A DNA stretch of 64,000 nucleotides, from the NCBI GenBank assembly GCA_000004985.1, contig GG738869.1; one strand, written 5' to 3'. The number at the start of each line of letters is the position of its first letter. The first letter of the stretch is position 1. This document shows, piece by piece, positions 24,271-33,590 of this stretch. The notes beneath the pieces are model-generated. The model searched no databases. It was not told where the DNA came from and saw only the letters and a program-made list of their open reading frames with translations. The stretch is from Naegleria gruberi (taxonomy: Eukaryota). Both the position numbers and the translations under genes were made by a program.

Positions 24271-24602
24271 GTTTTCTATTTTTTTTAAAATTACAAAATT
24301 TTGAAAAGGCGCGAAACACATCATGACGCAAAATATGTAACGGTGATGCCCTTTGATTTTATCTCTAAGAAGAAAACTGGTCGTGTGGACTCGATTATTC
24401 CAATGCCTTACAATGCTTGTGCTAGTCAATAAGTTGAACATCCAGATCAATTTTAAAAAATATGTAGTTTATTTGGTACGTTCTTTCTAAAAAGTTATCG
24501 TTATTGAGGAGAACGAAAGGGTTTTTGGATTTGTGTTAAAGATCAACAGTAAAAAACAATAAAATTCATCCACTTAATTAAATTTGAAACTACAAAACAA
24601 TT

Positions 24603-24676
24603 TACCGACAATGGGGCTCGAACCCACGACCCCAGGATTAGAAGTCCTGTGCTCTATCCAACTGAGCTATGACGGC
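24603..24676 (-). tRNA. tRNA-Arg (anticodon UCU)
   Basis: Minus-strand sequence GCCGTCATAGCTCAGTTGGATAGAGCACAGGACTTCTAATCCTGGGGTCGTGGGTTCGAGCCCCATTGTCGGTA folds as a cloverleaf. The anticodon loop is CTTCTAA. CCA is not encoded and a T-run follows on the minus strand. Confidence 0.8.
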
Positions 24677-24986
24677 TTACATTAGCTATGAAATTTGTCT
24701 TCACATCACACTTTGAAATTCTTATGTAATGTACAAGTATTAGTCCCTCACAATAAATCTTCTATTTTAATGACATAAGGGTGACCTTGAATCTTTTGGG
24801 GCTGCAATTAATTTTGTGCTTCCACTCTTAGCTTTTTTAGCTTTAAAATAAGCTTACCAAAATAATGGGAAATCTACACATTCTTAACATGCCAACTTGA
24901 AAAAAGGCAAACTCACCAAACATTGTACAAAAGTCCGTGTTAGTTTTGGTAAATGTATATTAAGACACGTGTTAAATAGAATGTCA

Positions 24987-25060
24987 GCAGCGATAGATCA
25001 GTTGGTTAGATCGTAAGCCTAACACGCTTAAGGTCGCGGGTTCAAGCCCCGCTCGCTGTA
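24987..25060 (+). tRNA. tRNA-Val (anticodon AAC)
   Basis: GCAGCGATAGATCAGTTGGTTAGATCGTAAGCCTAACACGCTTAAGGTCGCGGGTTCAAGCCCCGCTCGCTGTA, with anticodon loop CCTAACA. The GCCTTTTGTT T-run follows immediately (Pol III terminator). Confidence 0.85.
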
Positions 25061-25070
25061 GCCTTTTGTT
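25061..25070 (+). terminator. Pol III oligo-T terminator of tRNA-Val
   Basis: GCCTTTTGTT lies directly 3' of the discriminator base. Confidence 0.6.
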
Positions 25071-25656
25071 GACGAAAGTGGAATGCCTCTTCCTCCAATG
25101 ATTAATCCATTTTTTGATTTATTTCAAACCTTAAATAAAACTCAAACCGTCCTACGACTTTGCTATCAAATGAGATAATAATTAACAACAACTAGATTCT
25201 AAACATACTATTTAACATATTGTCACTCTTTAAATTCGTAAAACCAATAGATTATCTTTTTAAAACCTCAAACGCACATGTAAATTTTGGTTGATCTTTA
25301 GGTGAGCCACCAAAATAGTATTCTATTTAATTAAAGAAATCTGAATTCAGATAGTAACAATTATAATGCACTCATATGTTCGACATAAAAACATTTTTTA
25401 ACTCTTTAACCTTGAAATGAAGAAGGTGATAACTATATTTGTACAACTTTTGAGTTACATGAAAAACAATGCTATTCTATCATTGTTTATTCTAAATTTA
25501 CAAAAAATCATCAAAGTGATCCAAACATGATGCTCTGTAACATGGCGACAGTTCTATTGTTTTGTATTCATATTTCGTGTAAAAGAGCCCTCACCACAAA
25601 TCCACTCAGAAATATTTCATCAAAACTTTGAATGACAATTTTGTGTATCAACAATA

Positions 25657-27669
25657 ATGGTTGTTTTAAATAAATTATTTACATTTCAACACTCCTACTA
25701 TTTATTCAAAAGAAACCACAAATACAAAAAATTTTCAATTCACCACCAATCTAATTACAAAATCATGTTCAACTCCAATACATCTACTTCAATCTCACTG
25801 CGTGAGATACAATCTGGCACAATCTCCAAACCCCATAAAACACTAAAAAATAAACACTTCAAGTACAGCAAAAAAAAACAACTTCAAGTCCAGTGTACAG
25901 TATTAACAGCGCTCAAAATGTTCAACAGCTCTAACAACAATACCTCTCCTAATCATCAACCAATGCCCAATCTACTTTACCTGAGTAATTATGTGAATCA
26001 ATCACAGAATATTGGCGATGCAATTTTAAATTATTTAAACGAGAATAGAAGTGCACTTGATGCACCGACACTTTTAAATAATATTCAAGAAATGGTCAAA
26101 TATCAACAGACACAAGATAGAATCAAGCAACAATCTTCACATCATAAATCCACTTCCTCTCATGCATCATCTTCAAGCTCTAACCATCACAATCCTCTTA
26201 TAGAATTAAAGAAATCAGACGATTCTTCAAAGATTGCAAACTCCACTCCGTCATCATCCAACTCTTCTGTAAATAATAATACCAACAAACAAAGTCAATC
26301 AGCATCTAACATGTTCAGCCAACAAGATGTGTCACTCTACATTAAACCTGCAAGAAAAACAGCCAAATACTTTTTAACTTACATTCCACCAAAGTTATAC
26401 TGTTCTCCATACAAGTATGATCTCATGTTGAGAATACCCGTCACTATGAATGAAACACATGATTTCATCTTCAATTTACTTGATTCTGAAAGTCGCGAAA
26501 AAATTACAAAGAATAATAAGGGAGATGAAGCATATTGCATCGAGAGAACAAAGACGCAACGAAAGAATTACCTAAAACCTGGATTTGTTAATGCTACTTT
26601 TCGTCTCAATTTCTCAATCTGTAGTTTCCATAATAGTAGAAAGCCATTTTTGATTAGTGTACATATTAGAGCCAAGTCGCTCAATCAAAATAATCACAAT
26701 ACTGGTGGAGATATTGAATCAGATCAATTGATTTTAATCAGTGATCCATTCTCAATATTTGCTAGAAAGACTGGTGCTAAGGGACAATCTATTGAGGATG
26801 ATTGGGGTCTTCCAAACCAATTCAGTGATTCTTCTAACAATTCAACAGAGGAAGAAGAGGAAGATGAAGAAGAGGATAAAAAGAAGAAGAAAAAGAAGGA
26901 GAAGGCAACAAAGAGAAAGAGAAAAGAAGAAGAAAGTAAACCAAAGAAGAAGAAATCAATTGCTGAACAAAAGCAACCAGAACCTGAAAAGTCTATTTCA
27001 CCACCAGAAGTTTTTAACCATTCTGTAAATAAGGAAACTCCAATTCAAGTCGATAATCAAGATATTACAACTAAGATTGTCTCCAATTATGACCAGATTG
27101 TTGACAATAATCAAGAAGTGTTAAGCTCTGGAAATATATTCGATGGCGATCAATGGTCTCAATTGTTTGGAAGTACAACACTTTCACCTGATATTGCTCC
27201 ATTCTTAGAAGAAGAAATTGTTACATGCCAACAACAACCACAACCTCAACCTGCAATATTCCAACAATTTGGAACTAGTTCTACTCCTCAACAATCTCAA
27301 CCATCAGCAGATTTGACAATGTTACTTTATCAAGAATTACTCAAACAATTTAATAATAGAGCACCAAATCAAAATGTACAGTTACCTTCATTCCTTTCCC
27401 CTCCACCCACTACTTGTACCCCAGAAACTAGTTGTGCTTCTAATGAAATGAATTGGTCAAGAGATTATCAGAAACAGACACTTCAAAATACCACTACTGC
27501 TGAACCAATTGATCTTGGAAGACTGATTCTTTCTAGAAATGCCAATCAAACCGCTCCACAACCTAGAGAGCAAGATGGAAACAATTTGCTTCTTAGTTTG
27601 GACGAAACATTATATAGCAAGTTGTTTGGATCAAGTTATGGATCTAATCCAAGTAACTACTTTTTCTAA
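25657..27669 (+). CDS. N/Q/S-rich low-complexity nuclear-type protein with a K/E-rich tract
   Basis: Long ORF. The start is ambiguous: ATG 25657, 25767 or 25918, the last two in an AAAATG context. The central region YKYDLMLRIPVTMNETHDFIF...FRLNFSICSFH...PFLISVHIRAKSL may be a beta-sandwich DNA-binding fold, but this is speculative. A KKKKKKEKATKRKRKEEESKPKKKK NLS-like run is present. Confidence 0.4.
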   Translation: MVVLNKLFTFQHSYYLFKRNHKYKKFSIHHQSNYKIMFNSNTSTSISLREIQSGTISKPHKTLKNKHFKYSKKKQLQVQCTVLTALKMFNSSNNNTSPNHQPMPNLLYLSNYVNQSQNIGDAILNYLNENRSALDAPTLLNNIQEMVKYQQTQDRIKQQSSHHKSTSSHASSSSSNHHNPLIELKKSDDSSKIANSTPSSSNSSVNNNTNKQSQSASNMFSQQDVSLYIKPARKTAKYFLTYIPPKLYCSPYKYDLMLRIPVTMNETHDFIFNLLDSESREKITKNNKGDEAYCIERTKTQRKNYLKPGFVNATFRLNFSICSFHNSRKPFLISVHIRAKSLNQNNHNTGGDIESDQLILISDPFSIFARKTGAKGQSIEDDWGLPNQFSDSSNNSTEEEEEDEEEDKKKKKKKEKATKRKRKEEESKPKKKKSIAEQKQPEPEKSISPPEVFNHSVNKETPIQVDNQDITTKIVSNYDQIVDNNQEVLSSGNIFDGDQWSQLFGSTTLSPDIAPFLEEEIVTCQQQPQPQPAIFQQFGTSSTPQQSQPSADLTMLLYQELLKQFNNRAPNQNVQLPSFLSPPPTTCTPETSCASNEMNWSRDYQKQTLQNTTTAEPIDLGRLILSRNANQTAPQPREQDGNNLLLSLDETLYSKLFGSSYGSNPSNYFF

Positions 27670-27755
27670 TAAAATTGCCTAGTTTTTGTAATCTTTCGTG
27701 AACAGTTAGTTTCTTCTTGTTCTTTATCTTCAGTTCTTTGACAAGTTTTTGTTAC

Positions 27756-28602
27756 CTATTGTTTTGATTTCTTTGCCAAGTTTTCGTCAATATGTTCGTC
27801 GGGCCTTCTCTTTAATTCTGGATCACTATATGAAACCTCAATAAACTCGGAAGTATCTAATGGTTCAATTCCATCATCAACAACAAAACAACACGATCCT
27901 AGGTCTGAAAAAGGCTCAGACGAGAATTTGATTGAATTCATTTGAGAAGTTGTAAAATACTTTGGAAAAAGTACAGAATCTAATTCATGAAAATTATTAA
28001 ACTTTTTCAATTGTGATTCAGAAATAGTGATATTTTGATCATAGTCCACTTTTCCTGAATCTGTATGCCTGACTGTAAATTTGTTAATCAAATGATTTGC
28101 CATATTGATGGCATGAGTATCGCTGGGACTTGTAGCAGGGCTTGTTGTTGACTCGACTGATATTGAGGATGATTGTTCTGTTGGTTTGGGCTTGTCATTT
28201 TCAGTTGTCTTTAAAAGTTGTAAATAAATTAAGCTTTCAAAAAACCAAAAAACAAATTCTCCAGAAGCTTCTCCAAGTACTGGTTCTAATAAATCAACAA
28301 TTTCAGATTGAGTTTTTCCGTTATTTACTATTAATATTAGAAAATTCTAAAGAGGCATAAATAATCATCCCACAAACACATACAGGTAAATTTTTAATTA
28401 AATTTTCCTTTTTTTCCTCATCAAAATTCTGAAACATTTTCCTAATTTTATCAATAATTAATTCTTTTAAATTTTCAATCTGGTGTTCAACCAGTCTTAT
28501 TGTATTCACCCGATTAATTGATGGGGTAGATGAAGTTTCGGGTTGACTCATTTTTTCAATTTCGAAAACAGAGTTGTTCATAAATCCTTGATAACAAGCC
28601 AC
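27756..28602 (-). CDS. Protein with a Nab2/ZC3H14-type N-terminal (PWI-like) domain, no CCCH fingers
   Basis: KIRKMFQNF..EEKKENLIKNLP + NFLILIVNNGKTQSEIVDLLEPVLGEASGEFVFWFFESL aligns to human ZC3H14 KIRSAIKG...EELPDYIMVMVANKKSQDQMTEDLSLFLGNNTIRFTVWL. Joining the two parts requires either a 37-nt GTATGT...TTTAG intron (about 28363..28327) or a frameshift. Confidence 0.4.
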
Positions 28603-28743
28603 TGTAGCTTTTTGTTTAATGATGAATTGTTTGGTTTCATAAATCAGCTGAACTCTGATTTTGAAATTGAATCATCCACAAATACCTTTAAAAACCATGA
28701 AACACCATCACACAATAATAATTAAAAAAATTGAATTTAAAAA

Positions 28744-30984
28744 ATGTCTCAAGATAAAGCCAACAGAGAACATATCGCAAAGCTTGTTGTTGAAGCAGTT
28801 AAAAATATCTATGATGTGGATGTTAGCTCCCTTCAAAACGAGTTTGCCAGTAAATTGGAATTACCAAAGGAATATGATATGCTTCACAATATTGCTTTCC
28901 CATGTTTCGCTTTGGGAAAGCCTTTGACTCCAAAGAAGCCTAAAGAAGTCAAATTTAATGATTTCATCATGAATATTGCTTCCGATTTGGCAAAGGAAAT
29001 AAGTAGAATTGTCAAGGAAAAAACTGATGTTGTTGTTGAAAATTGTGTAGGTGAAGGTCCATATGTCAACTTCTTCTATCAACCTGCTCACTTAGGAAAA
29101 GCTATAGAAGAGGTTCACAATGGAAATTTCCTTTCCGTTAGAGAATCAAAGAATGAAAATGTCATGATCGAATATTCTCAACCAAATACTCACAAGACCT
29201 TCCACGTTGGTCACATGAGAAATGCAGCTCTTGGTAATTCACTTGTTTTGTTATACGAATGGTGTGGTTACAATGTACACGCTGTCAATTATATTGGTGA
29301 TGTTGGTGCTCACATTGCTAAATGTTTATGGTACTATCTTTACTACATCAAAAAGACAACTTTGGAAGAATTCGAAGCTCTTGACCTTACTCGTGAACAA
29401 ATTGTTGACATGTTGGAAGAATCTAGACCAAAGGATATTCCTCATGTTGAATGGTTGGGTAACCTTTATACTGAAGGTTTCTATCAATTAGACTTTGATT
29501 CTTGGACTAAATATCCACTTATTGGATACATTACTGCTAAAATTTTGGACATTCAAAACCATCCAACTAATGACAAATGGAAGATTCTCACTGTCACCAA
29601 TGGAACTGAAAACTTTACTGTTGTTTGTGGTGGTAAGGATTACAATGTTAATGACATTGTTGCCTATGCTCCACTTGGTAGTAAGAAGGGTGCTAGACTT
29701 GTTACTGAAGTTGATAAGCAAGGTGTTATCTCACAAGGTTTCATTTTGAGTCAAGCTGAACTGGGTAGCTCTGAAAATAAGGAAAAGATTCACATTTTCC
29801 CTGCTGATTCACCAGTTGGTATTGAACTCACCGAATTGGGAAGAAAGGCAGACTGTAATGTTGATGCTTCTATTAACATTGGTCAAGAATTCAAGAAGAG
29901 AGAATCACAATGTAAGACTCTCTTGAGAGCTATGGAAGATCACAAGAAGAATATTTCCATGTTGTGGGAAATCACTAGAACTTGGTCAATTGAAGACTTT
30001 AAATCTATTTATAAGTGGAGTGACTGTAGATTCGACCACTTCTTCCATGAATCTGATGTTGGTGATGAAAGTAAGGAAATTGTTCTTAAGGCCTACGAAG
30101 AAGGTAAACTTATCAAATCTGATGGTGCTATTGGCGCTGATTTGGGTAAGCTTGGTTTCTGTGTTTTGTTGACTTCTGCTGGTACTGGTTTGTACGCTAC
30201 TAAGGATTTGGCTCTTGCTAAGAGAAAATTCGAAGAATTCAAAGTTGACAGAAGTGTATATGTTGTCGACGTAAGTCAAAGCTTGCACTTCCAACAAGTC
30301 TTCAAGACATTGGAAGTCCTTGGTTTTGAACAAGCTAAGAAGTGTAAACATTTAGCTTATGGTATGGTTGTTTTACCTGATGGTAAAATGAGTAGCAGAA
30401 AGGGTAACATTATCTATTTCAGTACTCTTCAAAAGTCACTCACCCAAAATATTACTGACAACTTTATGTCCAAGTATGAAGGTGAATGGCCAAAGGAAGA
30501 AATTGAAGAAACTACCAGAAAGATTGCCATCAGTGCCATCAAATATGGTATGCTTAACCAAGATAACAATAAGGATATTACCTTTGTTCTCAAAGAATGG
30601 GCTTCAAAGTCTGGTAACACTGGTCCATATCTGATGTATGCTTATGCTAGAGCTGTTTCCGTTGTTAACAAGATTGGTTTGGATAGCAGTGTCACTATTG
30701 ACTACTCATTATTAACTGATGAAACTGAAAGAAAGCTTTTGTCAACAATTCTCCAATATTCAATTGTTGTTGAAAGAGCTGCTGAACAATACAAGCCACA
30801 ATTGCTTTGTATCTTCCTCTACAATCTCTGTAAGCAGTACAGTAAGATGTATGAAGCTGTCAGTATCAGAGATGCTGCTACCCCAGAACTCAAACAAACC
30901 AGATTGAGATTAGTTGCTGGCTTCGCAAAGGTTCTCAAACATGGTCTTGGATTGTTGGGTATTTCAACTGCTGAGAGAATGTAA
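28744..30984 (+). CDS. Arginyl-tRNA synthetase with an inserted EMAPII/Myf-type tRNA-binding OB domain
   Basis: Arg_tRNA_synt_N-like N-terminus, then SQPNTHKTFHVGHMRN (HIGH) and NYIGDVGAHI. An inserted block IGYITAKILDIQNHPTNDKWKILTVTNGTENFTVVCGGKDYNVNDIVAYAPLGS...GVISQGFILSQAELG lies within the catalytic core. C-terminal motifs are KMSSRKGNIIYF and SGNTGPYLMYAYARAVSVV, followed by a DALR-like helical end. It is 746 aa, versus about 600 typical. Confidence 0.75.
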   Translation: MSQDKANREHIAKLVVEAVKNIYDVDVSSLQNEFASKLELPKEYDMLHNIAFPCFALGKPLTPKKPKEVKFNDFIMNIASDLAKEISRIVKEKTDVVVENCVGEGPYVNFFYQPAHLGKAIEEVHNGNFLSVRESKNENVMIEYSQPNTHKTFHVGHMRNAALGNSLVLLYEWCGYNVHAVNYIGDVGAHIAKCLWYYLYYIKKTTLEEFEALDLTREQIVDMLEESRPKDIPHVEWLGNLYTEGFYQLDFDSWTKYPLIGYITAKILDIQNHPTNDKWKILTVTNGTENFTVVCGGKDYNVNDIVAYAPLGSKKGARLVTEVDKQGVISQGFILSQAELGSSENKEKIHIFPADSPVGIELTELGRKADCNVDASINIGQEFKKRESQCKTLLRAMEDHKKNISMLWEITRTWSIEDFKSIYKWSDCRFDHFFHESDVGDESKEIVLKAYEEGKLIKSDGAIGADLGKLGFCVLLTSAGTGLYATKDLALAKRKFEEFKVDRSVYVVDVSQSLHFQQVFKTLEVLGFEQAKKCKHLAYGMVVLPDGKMSSRKGNIIYFSTLQKSLTQNITDNFMSKYEGEWPKEEIEETTRKIAISAIKYGMLNQDNNKDITFVLKEWASKSGNTGPYLMYAYARAVSVVNKIGLDSSVTIDYSLLTDETERKLLSTILQYSIVVERAAEQYKPQLLCIFLYNLCKQYSKMYEAVSIRDAATPELKQTRLRLVAGFAKVLKHGLGLLGISTAERM

Positions 30985-31045
30985 ATAAATTTTTAGAAAC
31001 TTTTTGTAAAATAATATTTTAACAATTATTCTGAACAAGTAAAAA

Positions 31046-31660
31046 ATGGGATTTAACTTAGCCTGGAAATATTTTTCGATCATCTTGCTGGTTACTCTTG
31101 CATATTTAATTCATAATCAATATATTGAAAATAATTATAACAAACAGGAAGGATGGGTTATGGATTTAGAGGAAGACTATAGATTATTTTCTATTGAAAA
31201 TACAACAATCACAAATATCAACACTTCCGAAACCAATAACAACACACTAACCACATTCATGACTATGAATATCAATCCAAATGATTGGCAAAACATAACA
31301 AAGGACCTAGAAACAAAACAATACCTTGCTATTATTATTCAATTTTACACATCTAATAGTGTTTACTGCCAACATTTAGTTCCAGTTTGGAAGGATCTAA
31401 TCATGAATGTAAAGTCAAATAATACATTGGCTGGAAAGCTAAGATTTGGACAATATCACGTTAGTGGTCGAGAAAGTTTTATATTTACACGAAGTATTTT
31501 AAATAGAGGGGTATTAAATTTTCCTACTATTGTAATGTTTCACAGGGACAGAAATAACACTAAGATTATTCCTAGATTTTATCATGACAAGAGAACAGTA
31601 GACCTGTTGGAAAAATTTGTAAATAGAATTTTAATTGATATTGAAGCTTATGACAAGTGA
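31046..31660 (+). CDS. Small type-I membrane protein with a thioredoxin-like fold (single-Cys)
   Basis: N-terminal TM/signal anchor (FSIILLVTLAYLI). AIIIQFYTSNSVYCQHLVPVWKDL resembles a Trx-like region with one Cys. Confidence 0.3.
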   Translation: MGFNLAWKYFSIILLVTLAYLIHNQYIENNYNKQEGWVMDLEEDYRLFSIENTTITNINTSETNNNTLTTFMTMNINPNDWQNITKDLETKQYLAIIIQFYTSNSVYCQHLVPVWKDLIMNVKSNNTLAGKLRFGQYHVSGRESFIFTRSILNRGVLNFPTIVMFHRDRNNTKIIPRFYHDKRTVDLLEKFVNRILIDIEAYDK

Positions 31661-33308
31661 AACGAGTTCCTTGTATGCTTATCGAGATATCTCATCTGAG
31701 TCTTATATCTCTGTTTTACTAGTGCATAATTTAAGGGAGAGAGTGGTTTTCTATGTTCGGAAATTAAATGTGTTTCTTGATGGTAGCTCGTGTAAATTCT
31801 AGATGAAACTAGTGTTGGGAAAGAATACCTAGATGGTGTATTATATGAAGAGAATTGAGATGTATGGTGAGAGTAAGATCTAGATGATTGAGGAGTTGAA
31901 TATAGGGTAGTAGATGTGTTATTTATATTTCTAGAACTTCTGTAAGGTGTTGTAGTTGTACTTGTGGAACTACTTAAGGAAGAATCATTTTCAGGAAATA
32001 AAAGCATTGTAGAATCCGTGTGCTCAAGTGTAAATTTGTGATTGCAATTTGGACAATGCAGAGGTGATGTTTGAGAAAATTTGGAATTGTCCACAATTGT
32101 TTGAATACCAACAGATCTTGTTTCAATAGATTGGATTGAAAAATCTCTGATTGGTGTTGGTGTTGATGTAAGTGATGTGTTTGTTGATGAAGAAATTTCC
32201 AAATCTTCAGGGGTTGTTTGGGTTGTTTGTACAATATGGAAGGATACTTTCTTTGGAGTATTAATGATTTCCTTCTCGTTTTTTTCTTTTATCTCAAATT
32301 TGTTGGTACCACTAATTATCATACTTGAGTGCTGATTTGGATTAGAAAGATCAGGAATAATCTTGGTTATTGGTAGCGAGCTATTTCCAAAGGTTTCATC
32401 ATCCATAGTTGGAGATTCGTTTTGAAGAAAGTCCAATTTTTTAGCAACTGAAATCCTCTTTTTAGTAAATTCTCCATCCTTTGTTTTCACAGTACTATTT
32501 TGAGCGAGCTATTATTTCTTGAATTATATTAAAAAACCTACCTTATTGATTTCAAAATCTTATGTTCAGGAGTAAGAAGTGGACTCGATGGTGCATTTGA
32601 ATTTCCAGTGCTTCTTATTGGGGAAAGGAATGATATATCAATTTCTCCAGTCCTAGGGCTTGACTTGCTTGGAGAGAAGAAAAAGTCTTCACGTCTATTT
32701 TCCCCAATAATTGGTGACATAAATTGAGGTGGAGAACTAAAACTAAATTCTTCCTCATCATCCATATAATTATTATTCTTCCTTGGAGTAAATGAAAGAT
32801 TTTCATTTTGTTCCTGTAATTGCTTATTATTTTCATCCATAAATGAACTATATAATACTACAGCCTTTCCCTTTTTTGATTGTGGTGACAAATCCTCCTT
32901 TCTTTGCTTAAAATATTCACTATCCTCCCTTTCAATTGTGCTTCTTTGGGATTCCTTATTATAAATGATTAAAATTACAAAAATTCTTTCAAAACATACT
33001 TCAAAGAATTCTTCTTGTTGCTTCTCTTTCAAAAAATCTGAAATATTTGAAATGTCCACTGGTTTAATTTTTGCAAGTGTATCAATACTCAAATTTAGAC
33101 TAACATTGGATGTATTATGAAATATTTCTTCTGGTTCATCTTCAAAATCGTCATCATATAAAAGTTCTTCATCAAGTGGAGGAAAATTTTCATGATTATC
33201 GGAAAGAAAAGGATTGATCGGAACGTAATTTATAGTATCAGCAACATTAGAGGAGGGAGAGAAGGAATGTTTTGGACTGGAAAGATTAAGTTCTCTTTGT
33301 TTTGGCAT
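31648..33308 (-). CDS. Ser/Thr/Pro-rich low-complexity protein with a C-terminal CPNC..H zinc-knuckle-like motif
   Basis: Two exons (33308..32542, 32494..31648) with a GTAGGT donor and a 47-nt intron. The ATG lies in MPKQRELNLSSP. There is an acidic DDDFEDEPEE block and HCPNCNHKFTLEH. The promoter carries E2F-like sites. Confidence 0.45.
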
Positions 33309-33385
33309 TGAAACTCTCCAGTATTGCAAAAGAGTGAGACAGAGAGCGAGTCTTTTTTTTGGCTTTGCTTCTTGTCCTTTGGCAA

Positions 33386-33458
33386 TTTTGCGCCTTAATT
33401 TTGCGCCAAAAATGTAGTCAACCTATGAAGCAAAATGCTATTCAACATTGGCGCCAAT
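33386..33458. promoter_or_regulatory. Cluster of E2F-like sites in the promoter of the 31648..33308 gene
   Basis: TTTTGCGCC (33386-33394), TTTTGCGCCAAAA (33399-33411) and the perfect palindrome ATTGGCGCCAAT (33447-33458) lie in a locally GC-richer block 80-150 nt upstream of the ATG at 33308. Confidence 0.4.
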
Positions 33459-33590
33459 TATTTATGAAGTACCCTATGAACTCATTCAAAGGCATTTGAA
33501 AGGGTTGCTGCGAAGTATATCATTCGAATCGACTTGAAACTCTATTTTTCACTAACAACAACAAGAATATATTAAGAGTGAAATAATAAT

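Noticed and set aside
24700-25650. Possible retrotransposon or TRE element next to the tRNA genes
   Set aside because: No ORF with RT or ENDO motifs, no terminal repeats and no A-rich tail are present. The spacer is plain AT-rich intergenic DNA.
26741-27028. K/R-rich 95-aa ORF in another frame of the K/E-rich tract
   Set aside because: It is a frame artefact of the GAA/AAG repeat. The main frame carries through the whole 670-aa protein.
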